Source of the DNA: a virus
Taxonomy: Duplodnaviria > Caudoviricetes
Reading direction: 5' to 3' (one strand)
Virus record (IMG/VR): IMGVR_UViG_3300028048_000038
Span: 160,001-224,000 of that record
DNA: 64,000 bases
Below are positions 44,035 to 55,027 of the stretch, one piece after another. Every line of letters begins with the position of its first letter. Position 1 is the first letter of the stretch. Made by a program: the position numbers and the translations under genes. A model generated the notes under the pieces. It was not told where the DNA came from. It made no database searches and was given only the letters and a program-made list of their open reading frames with translations.

Positions 44035-47000
44035 TTAATTTGTGTATCTTATTTGTAAAATAGCCGTAGATGGAATCATCTGTGTGAGATAATTCATAAC
44101 AATATCGTCAATGTATTTCATTTCACAATCACCTTGACCTTTTTTAGCACCGCTATTGGCAAATAAATTATTATGGAGTTTAAATGTAATCCTTATTACT
44201 TTTGTATTGAAAATCTGATTAGTAATGGTGTTTTTGTCTTCAATATGATATACTTTCTGAATATAAGGTTTTTCTTCTGTTGTAGGAGCTGGATAATAAT
44301 CACTAACAGTGAACCCATAACCGCTAATCTTTGTACTCAATGCGTTCTCAAAGTTGTCATAGCATCTTTCATCAAACATGTCATTCTCTATCGAATATTT
44401 AAATAACTGCTCATAATACTTGAAATATTCTCTACCATTATCATAAACCATCATGCCATTATGAGGATTATTGCCATTGTTATCATTAACAATGGTGTTA
44501 ATCATCTTACATCTTGTCTCTCCTAAAGATAAACGTCTCCAGCCACCACTCGCATGTGTTGAATTGTAAAGCCTATTAGATTGAGAGAAATCAGCAATTG
44601 TAAAATAATTTGTATAGTTAGCCAAGTTAGGGTCAATTATCTCAAACAAATTGCTACAATTTTTATAATCATCATAACATTGAATGGTATTATTCACAAT
44701 ATAACAATTTATAGGTTGACCATTTGGTATCTCGTTTATATTAACTGTTGAAACATTCCCATTTCTATCAAATACTCTTATGATTTCATCAAAGAAATAA
44801 TCATCACCAGCTCTAACAACACCGTTTGACTTTATAAGTTCAATATATCCATTAATGGAATTTTTGCAAAAACTATCCTTCTTGATGTTATAAATCATTC
44901 CTGCCAATACAGCTATGTTATTTTGAATATATGAAACATATACAATTTGTCCGTTTGTTATTTCATATGAAGGAACTGATAACATATCTTGTAAGGTATC
45001 AAATCTTCTGATATTTCTTACTGTTTCCTTGAATAATTCACCATTTGTACTATATACAATATTATTATCCACATCGAATTGGAAACTATAATAGTTGCCA
45101 TTGTATTTAAATGCCTTATCTTGCCAACCACCATTCATTTGGAAATATGGATTCCCATCATATTGTTCGTATTTTTCGAAGTTTGGATATAATGTTCTAG
45201 TTCTGTCATTATTTTGCACATACTTAACAGGCAATCCTTGATATGATAAGTAGTTAACATCTATTCCATCCCTATTATAATTTGAGACAGACCTATAATC
45301 ATATGTAATAGTCTTTGTTGAATTAACCCAATCTATCTCATTCATTTGGTGTGCATCATCCCATCTATCAGTAATAGTGTTACTACTAGCAACATATTCA
45401 GTTATTTCATAATCATAATCACTTTGTTTACATGTTTCTGAAAGCCCATCAACAAATTTTTTATTTTTAAATCCAAACATTCCAAGAACCATATCAATAC
45501 CATCGAGAGTACCTTTATGACGCCAGATATAGCGAGAATTAAGTTTTAGTCTTCTCAAGAACTCGTTATTAACTTCATTATAACTGTATTCCCTTTCATC
45601 TGAGAATGCCTTTATTCTATTTCTAACAATTGAATTATAACCACAAGAATCAACTCTTGTGTATTCATCTGCGCTAGCAACACTCAACTTATATGACCCA
45701 TTATTATATCCACAAGGAACAGTCCCACTTGAACAACAAGATATATAATACCCATTTGGATATTGTAATTTATCTTTGCTATATGGTACTACAGTACCGC
45801 TACATTGTATGAACTTTCTAGGCAAAGTGTCACATTTATTACTAGATGGTTTAGTGATATCGCCACTAATATCATATGGAATTACTAATCTTACATTCCA
45901 CCCTTCATTTTCCAAAACATCTGTCAAGAAATAATCTGGTAAATTGCTTCTCTCGTCATATGTAACTCTATTGGTGCTTCTAATGTTATTGATATATGCC
46001 AATGTCTCGTCAAACTCCCTAGCAAAGATTCTAAGAGCCTTTTGCATCTTCTCACCACCAATTACGTATTCTTCTTCATCACCTTCAACATATTCACGTG
46101 TATAAGTCCAATCAAAATTCTTGATTGCCTCATGGGTCATAGACCTATATAGGTTATCAGTAAAGTACTCGTCATAGAATGAACCAATATCGGATAATCT
46201 TGATGTGTATGTGTTAAATCCATATGAGGTGGCATCTATGTTATATCCACCTTCTGAAGTTGGGAATACGAATTCCTCAAATTCTCTATAATAGCCGTTT
46301 TCATTCTCCTTGATAACAGAAAATATAGCTTTATATTTAGGGGTTGTCTTTGGATTTAATAGAAGTCTTTGGAAATTGTCACATTCGTTGTAGAAAGAAT
46401 ACAAGTATGGTTTATCTGGTGTAATATGAAAACAATAAGGTCTTTCACAAAAATATTTTTCATCATTAAATTCAACATATGAGTTTAATAGTTGGTATAA
46501 AGAAGTTGTGTCAGCCGTTTCAGTCTCGCCACTTTCATTTATATAATCATGTATAACTTTATAATATTCGTTTTCTATTTTGCACACAATTGTTTCCCCA
46601 CTAAGTTCAAGCGGAATGTGGTATTCTTCATTATCTGTTTTAACAAATATATCATAATATAATAATTTATCTTCATAAAGATAGTATACTACATCATCAT
46701 CACCAAGCCACGCACTAATCTCATAGGTGTCTGATGCTGTTTTCAAGGTTATGTCTGCAACTTTATCACCCTTGCATGGATAATATGTTGTTGCGCTTTC
46801 ACTTGTAACTTCTGTGGAATCTGTGGTTGCCGTATATCTTATATACTCATTTTTACCAACATTTTCTGAATAATAGTATGTTGATGTCCAAGCAGTTACT
46901 TGCTTATTATCTATTGTATATGCATTATATCCACCATTGGCAAAATACTTGAGGGTATTCGTCACATCATCTGGTTTTGTCCTAGAATGCATATTAATGC

Positions 47001-47529
47001 CAAAAGGATTGACGATATATTTTAAATCCTCAGAACCCAATATTGGTCTAGATTCGATTATGCTCCCATCAACTGTCTTTGTTTCGGTATAATAGACATT
47101 ATTGCTTGTCCCATACAGTTCTCCTGGAAATCTGTCTATAATATCAGTTATTGATGAACGTAGCATTTCAGACAATGAACCATAATAGCAGAAATCACAG
47201 AAATCATAATAATCTTGCTTTAATACTATCTTGGTATCATTATCATTGTCATCAGTGGATACAAGACCTTCTAGTGATGATACTGTCCAAATATCACCAC
47301 TAGTACTGTTTTTATCCCATTCTTTAGTATTATATTGGTTTGAGATACCACTATCATTTCTTACCGTAATAATAAAGTTATTAGAACGATAAATTGGGGT
47401 TTGTGATGAAGGAAAATTACCAACACCGCCTATTGTCGTAATATCTCTCTCATATATTGTACCATCATTTATAGATTGATGAAATGACTTTAGTACATAG
47501 TTACTATGTGTTTTTATAAACTTTGGCAT
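44035..47529 (-). CDS. Large putative virion structural protein (baseplate/tail-like)
   Basis: 1164 aa; YIWRHKGTLDGIDMVLGMFG resembles the KGT..GI motif of baseplate wedge/tail protein I families. Confidence 0.55.
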   Translation of the reverse strand: MPKFIKTHSNYVLKSFHQSINDGTIYERDITTIGGVGNFPSSQTPIYRSNNFIITVRNDSGISNQYNTKEWDKNSTSGDIWTVSSLEGLVSTDDNDNDTKIVLKQDYYDFCDFCYYGSLSEMLRSSITDIIDRFPGELYGTSNNVYYTETKTVDGSIIESRPILGSEDLKYIVNPFGINMHSRTKPDDVTNTLKYFANGGYNAYTIDNKQVTAWTSTYYYSENVGKNEYIRYTATTDSTEVTSESATTYYPCKGDKVADITLKTASDTYEISAWLGDDDVVYYLYEDKLLYYDIFVKTDNEEYHIPLELSGETIVCKIENEYYKVIHDYINESGETETADTTSLYQLLNSYVEFNDEKYFCERPYCFHITPDKPYLYSFYNECDNFQRLLLNPKTTPKYKAIFSVIKENENGYYREFEEFVFPTSEGGYNIDATSYGFNTYTSRLSDIGSFYDEYFTDNLYRSMTHEAIKNFDWTYTREYVEGDEEEYVIGGEKMQKALRIFAREFDETLAYINNIRSTNRVTYDERSNLPDYFLTDVLENEGWNVRLVIPYDISGDITKPSSNKCDTLPRKFIQCSGTVVPYSKDKLQYPNGYYISCCSSGTVPCGYNNGSYKLSVASADEYTRVDSCGYNSIVRNRIKAFSDEREYSYNEVNNEFLRRLKLNSRYIWRHKGTLDGIDMVLGMFGFKNKKFVDGLSETCKQSDYDYEITEYVASSNTITDRWDDAHQMNEIDWVNSTKTITYDYRSVSNYNRDGIDVNYLSYQGLPVKYVQNNDRTRTLYPNFEKYEQYDGNPYFQMNGGWQDKAFKYNGNYYSFQFDVDNNIVYSTNGELFKETVRNIRRFDTLQDMLSVPSYEITNGQIVYVSYIQNNIAVLAGMIYNIKKDSFCKNSINGYIELIKSNGVVRAGDDYFFDEIIRVFDRNGNVSTVNINEIPNGQPINCYIVNNTIQCYDDYKNCSNLFEIIDPNLANYTNYFTIADFSQSNRLYNSTHASGGWRRLSLGETRCKMINTIVNDNNGNNPHNGMMVYDNGREYFKYYEQLFKYSIENDMFDERCYDNFENALSTKISGYGFTVSDYYPAPTTEEKPYIQKVYHIEDKNTITNQIFNTKVIRITFKLHNNLFANSGAKKGQGDCEMKYIDDIVMNYLTQMIPSTAILQIRYTN

Positions 47530-48671
47530 GATTCTGCTAATATTTCATTTAGTTTAGTTTCAACATTCTCATCATAATTGATATAATATAGTTTAATGTT
47601 GTGTTCTTCGCAAAGTTGTTTTTTCTTATTATCTAGTGACTGAATATGCTTTAAAGATTCATCTTTATGATTCCAGCCGACAAAATGTTGTTCTCCTTGA
47701 CATTCAATGGCTATGTTATATTTTGGTAAATAAAAATCTAAATGCTGTCTATCAAGCCAAACAAAATATTTTTTATTTACTTTTTCTATAAATTGAATGC
47801 TCTTATTTTTTAATAAATTACTAGTATATTTTTCTAATTTACTATCTCTACAAAAAGGACAACCACAACCACCTAAATGGTGTGCTGGAGTTTGCCAAAA
47901 CTCACCATGTTTAGGGCAAATTATAGGAACTTCAATTGTACTACTAATATAATTTATTGTTTTTTTATCGTAAATATATTTGTCGCCATGAACATTTATA
48001 GATTTCTCTATAAATTTATCTACGTCTAGTCTTCTAATGTTTATAAGCTCTTCATAATGACAAAACTTGCACCCATTACCTTTTAAATGGTCTTCTGGCC
48101 TTTGCCAAAATTCACCATGTTTAGAACATATAATACATACTCTGCCTTTTTCATCTCTATTATTCATGTCAGTTTTAGTGTAGATATATTTGTCCCCATG
48201 AATTTTTTTAGCTAGAAAAATAAATTTATTATTGTCATATTTTTGCTTTAAATGCGCAGAATTTACTCCACATTTTTTACATCCACCGCCCATTAGGTGA
48301 TACGCTGGTCTTTGCCAAAACTCACCGTGAATTGGACAGATTATACATACTCTACCCTTTTCATCACTATTGTCTAAATCACTTCTAGAATAATCATATT
48401 TTTCACCATGAATAGTCCTAGCCTTAGAAATAAATTCATCAGTTTTCATAGAAAATTTTTCTGACATCATTTCATATTTACATTTACGACATTTTTGTCC
48501 ATTCAAATGATTACTAGGTATCTGCCAAAACTCACCATGTTTAGGACAGATTATGCACACTCTACCCTTTTCATCACGGTGTTCCAAATCTGTATTTGTG
48601 TAAATGTATTCATCGCCATGAACCTTTCTTGCTCGTTCAATAAATTCTTCTGTCGTTAACTTTCTACTCAT
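47514..48671 (-). CDS. Homing-endonuclease-like protein (paralog of 12238-13422)
   Basis: Four repeats of IIC.(K/I)HGEFWQ.P..HL.G..C..C plus LDFYLPKYNIAIECQGEQH. Confidence 0.8.
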   Translation of the reverse strand: MSRKLTTEEFIERARKVHGDEYIYTNTDLEHRDEKGRVCIICPKHGEFWQIPSNHLNGQKCRKCKYEMMSEKFSMKTDEFISKARTIHGEKYDYSRSDLDNSDEKGRVCIICPIHGEFWQRPAYHLMGGGCKKCGVNSAHLKQKYDNNKFIFLAKKIHGDKYIYTKTDMNNRDEKGRVCIICSKHGEFWQRPEDHLKGNGCKFCHYEELINIRRLDVDKFIEKSINVHGDKYIYDKKTINYISSTIEVPIICPKHGEFWQTPAHHLGGCGCPFCRDSKLEKYTSNLLKNKSIQFIEKVNKKYFVWLDRQHLDFYLPKYNIAIECQGEQHFVGWNHKDESLKHIQSLDNKKKQLCEEHNIKLYYINYDENVETKLNEILAESCQSL

Positions 48672-48674
48672 AAC

Positions 48675-48708
48675 TACAAAGATATTGAAAAAAAATTAAA
48701 ATTCCAAA
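48675..48708 (-). promoter_or_regulatory. sigma-A-type promoter abutting the endonuclease start codon
   Basis: TTTG-N20-TATCTTTGTA, ending 3 nt before ATG 48671. Confidence 0.7.
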
Positions 48709-49614
48709 CTATTTGTCATCAATTGTTTGTGAAAAATCAATGCCATTTGTCTTTTCCTTTGCAACCTCAAAGACTGGTTTTCCAGTATATTGGTCTTTAA
48801 GAGTGTAAACCTCCTTCTGGTGATAAATTTGACCATTACTATTAAATGTAGTGATAAGACCATTATCAAGGTCTCTAAGTTGACTACCTTTAAGCATATC
48901 ACTAACGGTGTCAATATCATTTTCACACATCTCAATATCTAGTTGTATTGGTTCGAACAGTGTATTAACCAACAAAATATTTTGTCCAACCTTGCCTATG
49001 TATGGGCTTTGATTATCTTTAAACATTGCTGCTGCTGATGGTGATACCGTAATGAATGTTAATGTCGAACTATCCTCATAACGATATGTATATGTCTTAT
49101 CGCTTGATGTGGCTGGCATTGTAACTACTGGTTCACACTTATTATTCGATGTAATTATCCTATAATAATCTTGTCTGCCATTATTATCATCAAGGAAAAC
49201 GATACGATAGCCAGTAAGTTCATTGTTCTTTCTAGCCTTTTCTTTAAGGTAGTCACTATTAATTCTAGTTGTATCCAATACAATACCCCTAACATCTGGG
49301 AATGCAGTCAATGTACCAATATCAGTTATACTTGCCCTAATCTCTCTTGGTTTTATATAAACTGTATAGAATCCTTTCTTATTGAATTCACTAAGTGGTA
49401 GCTGAAGGTTATACATGCCCTCAACCACATCAGTACCATCTTCTCTTTTTGCACGTGTTAGAACTCCAGATGGAAGTGTCTTAAATGCAGCATTCGTTAT
49501 TGAATCATAACTTCTTGTTTCATGATAACAAAAAGAAATGTCCACCAAATTGCTTATTTCACTATCCTTAATGTTTATTGGAATTGATAAACCGTATGCT
49601 CCTAAAGCTCCCAT
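48709..49614 (-). CDS. Putative virion structural protein
   Basis: 301-aa ORF in the tightly packed structural operon. Confidence 0.55.
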   Translation of the reverse strand: MGALGAYGLSIPINIKDSEISNLVDISFCYHETRSYDSITNAAFKTLPSGVLTRAKREDGTDVVEGMYNLQLPLSEFNKKGFYTVYIKPREIRASITDIGTLTAFPDVRGIVLDTTRINSDYLKEKARKNNELTGYRIVFLDDNNGRQDYYRIITSNNKCEPVVTMPATSSDKTYTYRYEDSSTLTFITVSPSAAAMFKDNQSPYIGKVGQNILLVNTLFEPIQLDIEMCENDIDTVSDMLKGSQLRDLDNGLITTFNSNGQIYHQKEVYTLKDQYTGKPVFEVAKEKTNGIDFSQTIDDK

Positions 49615-49616
49615 AT

Positions 49617-52046
49617 TTAAACATCCATTATTTTAAAGTAATTATTGCCGTAATTCTCCAAAGCCTCCAAAGATGCTACTTCACCAAGCTTCAGATGTTT
49701 TTCAAATGCAGAGTTTATTCCTCTGTCTATATAAATATTCCCCTTAATATTTTCTGGGGCTGAAACACCAACCCTATATTCTTCCTTGACTATAGGTAAT
49801 AATATATCACCACCAACCCAATTTTTACTGCCACAGTTAGGACATGTGCTTGAATTTATGTCTTCCTTCGATTTATATCCACAACTTTTACAAACAAATT
49901 TATAAGCAGATTTCCTTATGTATTTTCCATTTTCGTTTCTTAAAGTATAATCTATTCTTGATAAATTATCGGCATATGTAGCCCCATATGGATTATCATC
50001 TATAAGTTCTTCCTTTTGTTTCAATCTATACACATATATTGGGTAACTGATTGAATGGGTGTCAACTTTTCTTACATCACTAGGCGATGAACCCTTTAAT
50101 CTTTGTTTCAAATAATATTCCACCCTAGCCTTTTCAAATTGAACTGTCTCTGTGTATGAAACGCCACTATAAGTTAATGATAATTCATTATTATTTAATG
50201 TGTATATGTTACCAACATTATAGTTAACATCACAATAAATGTCATCATCACAAATTTTATTACTATCTTTAGTTATGCCACTAATTGTGCCTTTAATACT
50301 TACACTACTATCGCTAATGGTTACAGCAGAACTTCCAATTTCTCCATCAACAGTCTTATAATAGAATTTCATTGAATTAATGACATCACCCTTAAACATA
50401 TCATCATGTCCATCAACATTTGTTACATTTGATATAACACCAATTTGATATAAAGGCTCTAACACCGTACCCTCAGCAGGTTGATGATTCGTATGCCCAC
50501 TAACATCATATATACCTTCTATAATATTACCAACATCATCAGTTAAGTAATTATCCAAATGAATAAATTTAAGTTTTGATGATGTATAACCACTTTTTGA
50601 GATGTTTTCATTGATATCATAAAGGTAAGAGGTGTTACCTGATATCAAAGAATCCCAAGAGCTTTCATCAAATTCATTCTCCATATAGGTACTATTAAAC
50701 TTATAACCCCTTTTTTCATCTTTAAGTTGCATGACGTTATCATTATTAGTTACTACCGTTCCACTTCTAGTATTTTCAGTAGCACCATAGCCATTTGCAA
50801 CTCTATAGTCAACGCCAACCTTATACTCTTCACAAAATATAGTGAATTCTCCCAAATCCTCAATAGAATTCTGTATTTCAATTGGTAAAATATGGAATGG
50901 CTCATAACACTTATAATGTGTCAAATCCATGTAAGGATATTTTCCTTTTGGAAGACTAGAAATAATTTTACTTTGTATACTACTATACCAACTTGTCATT
51001 GAGGTATAAACACTATTTCCACCACGATTTACATATTCTGTGCAATCACAGCAATCACTAACATCTTTACAATTCTTATTATTATAATTAAGTCTTTCGG
51101 TAAACCATCCAATCCATTTAATTACATCTGGATAATATAATGTGGTTCTGCCCCAATAGTTTTGATATTCCGTTGGTATGATATATGTTGGAATAACATT
51201 CTGACAAATCCATTTATAGAAACCGTTGTCAACACTTTCGATGATTTGATATTCGCATTCGCTAGATTCTATTGTTGAAGAACTAACGACACCTCCCATT
51301 AATCTTATTTCATTATCTAGATTAACATATGTTTGTAAGTCATTACCATAATACAAATATTCAGCACCTTTTTTAACTCTGATAATTTCATACAATGGTA
51401 CTTCTGTTGTTCCAGTTATATGCGAAATTGAATCTATATAACTAATTTTAAGTATACCATCAGAGATAGTAGGATTGCCGTATAGTTCTTTTCCGCTTGG
51501 AATATATGTTTTTCCATTTATAGTTTTTGTATAATATTCACCTTTTAATGTTATACAATTATTATTCCTCGTTGCACTAGTAATTTCCCTTGGATTAATA
51601 TCACCACCTTCATTATAATAATAATCAACTGCTGAACCATATTTTACACCACAATGACCATAATTGTTAAGAAGGTTATAATATTCTTTGAATTTATGAT
51701 ACCAAATACTTAAACGTTCAAAAGATATAATACGGCATTCGCACAAATCACAATTTTCTCTTGCTTCACTCTCTTTTATAACTGTTGGGGTATAAGTATT
51801 ACCACTAACAGACCTATCACAAGTTAGACAGTGATTATTATCCATATATGGTATGGAAATATCACTAGGCACTACAATATTCATTGGTGTCATACCATAA
51901 TTACTAGTATATGAATAACCCCTTTCCTTTAAATGATTATCATCAAAAAAATAAGGATTAGGGTCATTATTCATATAGGCTGGCCATATACTAGGCAGTC
52001 TGCTAGTCATTGGTTCTAATGATATTGTCTTATATATTTTTCTCAT
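49617..52046 (-). CDS. Putative virion structural protein with a C-terminal Zn ribbon
   Basis: 809 aa; CKSC..CPNC; ends IYIDRG..AFEKHLKLGEV. Confidence 0.55.
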   Translation of the reverse strand: MRKIYKTISLEPMTSRLPSIWPAYMNNDPNPYFFDDNHLKERGYSYTSNYGMTPMNIVVPSDISIPYMDNNHCLTCDRSVSGNTYTPTVIKESEARENCDLCECRIISFERLSIWYHKFKEYYNLLNNYGHCGVKYGSAVDYYYNEGGDINPREITSATRNNNCITLKGEYYTKTINGKTYIPSGKELYGNPTISDGILKISYIDSISHITGTTEVPLYEIIRVKKGAEYLYYGNDLQTYVNLDNEIRLMGGVVSSSTIESSECEYQIIESVDNGFYKWICQNVIPTYIIPTEYQNYWGRTTLYYPDVIKWIGWFTERLNYNNKNCKDVSDCCDCTEYVNRGGNSVYTSMTSWYSSIQSKIISSLPKGKYPYMDLTHYKCYEPFHILPIEIQNSIEDLGEFTIFCEEYKVGVDYRVANGYGATENTRSGTVVTNNDNVMQLKDEKRGYKFNSTYMENEFDESSWDSLISGNTSYLYDINENISKSGYTSSKLKFIHLDNYLTDDVGNIIEGIYDVSGHTNHQPAEGTVLEPLYQIGVISNVTNVDGHDDMFKGDVINSMKFYYKTVDGEIGSSAVTISDSSVSIKGTISGITKDSNKICDDDIYCDVNYNVGNIYTLNNNELSLTYSGVSYTETVQFEKARVEYYLKQRLKGSSPSDVRKVDTHSISYPIYVYRLKQKEELIDDNPYGATYADNLSRIDYTLRNENGKYIRKSAYKFVCKSCGYKSKEDINSSTCPNCGSKNWVGGDILLPIVKEEYRVGVSAPENIKGNIYIDRGINSAFEKHLKLGEVASLEALENYGNNYFKIMDV

Positions 52047-55027
52047 TTGTACTTTGGATTTACATTTATTACTGCTGTTCCGTAATTACTATCTGGTTCC
52101 GTGTCATTCATGATTTTAATCTCAAATAAATTTAAGATTACATTACCGTTGTCATCTATCGTTACATATCTATCATCGAAAGTATAGGCGTATTCCTTGT
52201 TTTTAAAGTCATAGACAGCATATAATGGGACATATGACTGTGCATACACATATGATAATGGAATGCCCTTCTTGAGCATTTTTAGGTCTGATTCATTAGT
52301 TCCTACTACTGTGTTGGCAGATAACGTAAGTTTCCTTTCTGGATACACCTCAATACTATCAGTTTCGCCACTCCATTTCATTGGAACTATGAACGGTATG
52401 GTTTTACCAATTCCAGCGTGGTTGAATTCAACTTTCATATAAATAGGTTTTGGGTGTAAATTTTCAGAGTATTCCCTAAACATATAGATATAAAACCCTT
52501 CAGAAGACGTATCTGTTGAATATTTGTTATTGATTACAAATCTAGAATCCAATCTCTTTCCATCTTCCTTAAGTGAAACACAATAAGATTGTGAAAAACC
52601 TTCATCATCAATATAGTTTACAATAACAAAATTATCATCGTCATCACAATGCTCTGATTCCTTTTTATTCGCTAGTCTTTCGCCACTAACTCTTATTTTA
52701 TCACTTATAGTACATTTATTTATATCTTCAGAGAAATTTACAAATGTATTTATTCCCTTCCTTGAATTATCAATGTATTTTTTATATAATGAATTTTCAT
52801 TCATAAACACTGTCGATGTCGCCAACAATGATTGTTTTTGTGGGTCTGTTGAATCATAGAAACTTAGCCTCAAAAAAGATTTAGAAATCCTAGATTTTTG
52901 ATAAAACACATCATTATTATCAAAATACACAAAACCTAATAAATCTGAATGTTCAATTAACTTGGCGTATTTTATTTCCCTTAAATTGTCATCACTAGTT
53001 CCACTTATTGCATTAATCATTGACTTATATGGTTCATAATCAGTAATAAACCAGTTACAAAGACCACTGTATGAAACATTATTGTAATCTTCATTTACTT
53101 TCCAACTATCCAAATCTCTAGTTCTAAAATGCAGATTTATATTTATCGTGTGTACTGGACTAAAGTTAGTTCTTGAACCTACATATCTATTACTTGTTAA
53201 TATTTTAGGAGTATAAACATCCTTTTCCAAATCCACAATTCGATTGATTCTCTTATCTCTCTCCTTCTCACAGAAATCTTTCTTAACAACTTCACTTTGT
53301 AAAAGATTAAGAGCTGTATCGTTGCTGAGATTTAATGGAATATTTACATACCCGCTCTTATCTTCAATTATGAGATTATCAAATATTCTGTAAGCATCGT
53401 CACTCGTAATTGGGCTAGTTACATCTGAAAATACAGATTCCTTGGATATGGTCTTTGCTCCAAATATAATATTATCAGCTTCTAGTGAATACTGAGATTT
53501 ATTGTTAACTACCATATTAGATAGTTCTATCTCTTTATTCTTAATAAAGTCAGATGGATAATCGTTAGGGTTGATTAATGGTTTTAAAATAAACAAAGAA
53601 CCACCTTTTATGTCATCAACAACAAATTTAACCTTATTTGGCAAAGTGAGTCTTGCCAAACCATCTTTCACGATATAGTTTTTGCCTTCAATGGTTACAC
53701 CAGAATAAGATACAATTTCATATGATTCATTCGCTACAATTTCATCGCTTCTTATAACTAAGCCATATCTTGTTAATGGCTTACTAGCATTTTCATCATA
53801 TTTCATTGGAACTTGTTCACCTTCAATATCTACATATGCAATTGAACTATCTAATTTATCATATGTTACATCATATTCAGCATCATTGATTATTGCTTTA
53901 TCAAATAACTTATCCTCAACATAATATTTTACGCCATTATAGAATACAGTTCCACTTTCAACATTTATATAACAAGCATCATCATTTGAAGCATTGATAA
54001 ATGTCACTTCATTACCAATGCCAATTGTAACACCTTGATTTTCAAGCAATGCCATTATAAATCTTGATGAACTAGTTTCTCTATAGTCATAATTAGCCGT
54101 ATATTCTGTTCCATCTATTGTGATAAAGCATCTAAACTTACGTAAATCATTAATATCTTTAACATCATTACCTATCGTTACAACAAATGCACTAGTGTCA
54201 TCGTCAGTACTTGCAGATACTGTATAATTTATAACATTGCTGACATTACCATTATAAGGCACTTGAGAAACGAATGTATTACCACTTTGTATTATAGGAC
54301 AATAATAATCAAGATATTTGACATAGAAGAAATATTCACAGAACTTAAGGTCATTTACCTTATGGTGTATGGATGTGAATGAATACCCCTTAAACTTACA
54401 TACATCATGCACTAAAGAATAATCATCATAAGGCATAAAATACATACTATCACAGTCTGTTGGTTTATCGATTGTGTTACCATTATCTGTGAATTTAATA
54501 CACCCAATAGTTCCATTTTGGTTTTGTTCGTTTTTGTCAAAAATATATTTAGTACCATCTATGGTAACAAAACCATCTTCAATCCAATAAACAGTATCCA
54601 ACTTAATATAGCCATTAGTAGGGGTAACTTCAATATCTCGTTCAACGATGGTTGGTATATATTTCCCACTTTTCTCGATATATTTCTCGCATTGCCAATC
54701 TTTAATGGTAAACTTATCATTATTCTTATAAAAAAATCTATCGTTTATACAAACATAACTAATCCCATTAAACGTTTCTATTGGATATTTTTTACCAATT
54801 GCAATTACATAACCAGTCCTAGTAACAACCTCAGTTTCAAGTCTTAGAACTGAATTATTATTAGTCAATGGACTTTTAACTGAAATGGTATTATATTTTT
54901 CAAGATGGTATGATGAGTTTGTAACACCAGAAATAAACGATAAATCTAGTGCTACATATTTTTCTCTCCAAACTATGTTATTGCCTTTGAAATCGTTTTC
55001 AGTAAGTTTAACACTGTATTTTAACAT
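52043..55027 (-). CDS. Putative virion structural protein
   Basis: 994 aa, overlaps both neighbours. Confidence 0.55.
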   Translation of the reverse strand: MLKYSVKLTENDFKGNNIVWREKYVALDLSFISGVTNSSYHLEKYNTISVKSPLTNNNSVLRLETEVVTRTGYVIAIGKKYPIETFNGISYVCINDRFFYKNNDKFTIKDWQCEKYIEKSGKYIPTIVERDIEVTPTNGYIKLDTVYWIEDGFVTIDGTKYIFDKNEQNQNGTIGCIKFTDNGNTIDKPTDCDSMYFMPYDDYSLVHDVCKFKGYSFTSIHHKVNDLKFCEYFFYVKYLDYYCPIIQSGNTFVSQVPYNGNVSNVINYTVSASTDDDTSAFVVTIGNDVKDINDLRKFRCFITIDGTEYTANYDYRETSSSRFIMALLENQGVTIGIGNEVTFINASNDDACYINVESGTVFYNGVKYYVEDKLFDKAIINDAEYDVTYDKLDSSIAYVDIEGEQVPMKYDENASKPLTRYGLVIRSDEIVANESYEIVSYSGVTIEGKNYIVKDGLARLTLPNKVKFVVDDIKGGSLFILKPLINPNDYPSDFIKNKEIELSNMVVNNKSQYSLEADNIIFGAKTISKESVFSDVTSPITSDDAYRIFDNLIIEDKSGYVNIPLNLSNDTALNLLQSEVVKKDFCEKERDKRINRIVDLEKDVYTPKILTSNRYVGSRTNFSPVHTININLHFRTRDLDSWKVNEDYNNVSYSGLCNWFITDYEPYKSMINAISGTSDDNLREIKYAKLIEHSDLLGFVYFDNNDVFYQKSRISKSFLRLSFYDSTDPQKQSLLATSTVFMNENSLYKKYIDNSRKGINTFVNFSEDINKCTISDKIRVSGERLANKKESEHCDDDDNFVIVNYIDDEGFSQSYCVSLKEDGKRLDSRFVINNKYSTDTSSEGFYIYMFREYSENLHPKPIYMKVEFNHAGIGKTIPFIVPMKWSGETDSIEVYPERKLTLSANTVVGTNESDLKMLKKGIPLSYVYAQSYVPLYAVYDFKNKEYAYTFDDRYVTIDDNGNVILNLFEIKIMNDTEPDSNYGTAVINVNPKYK

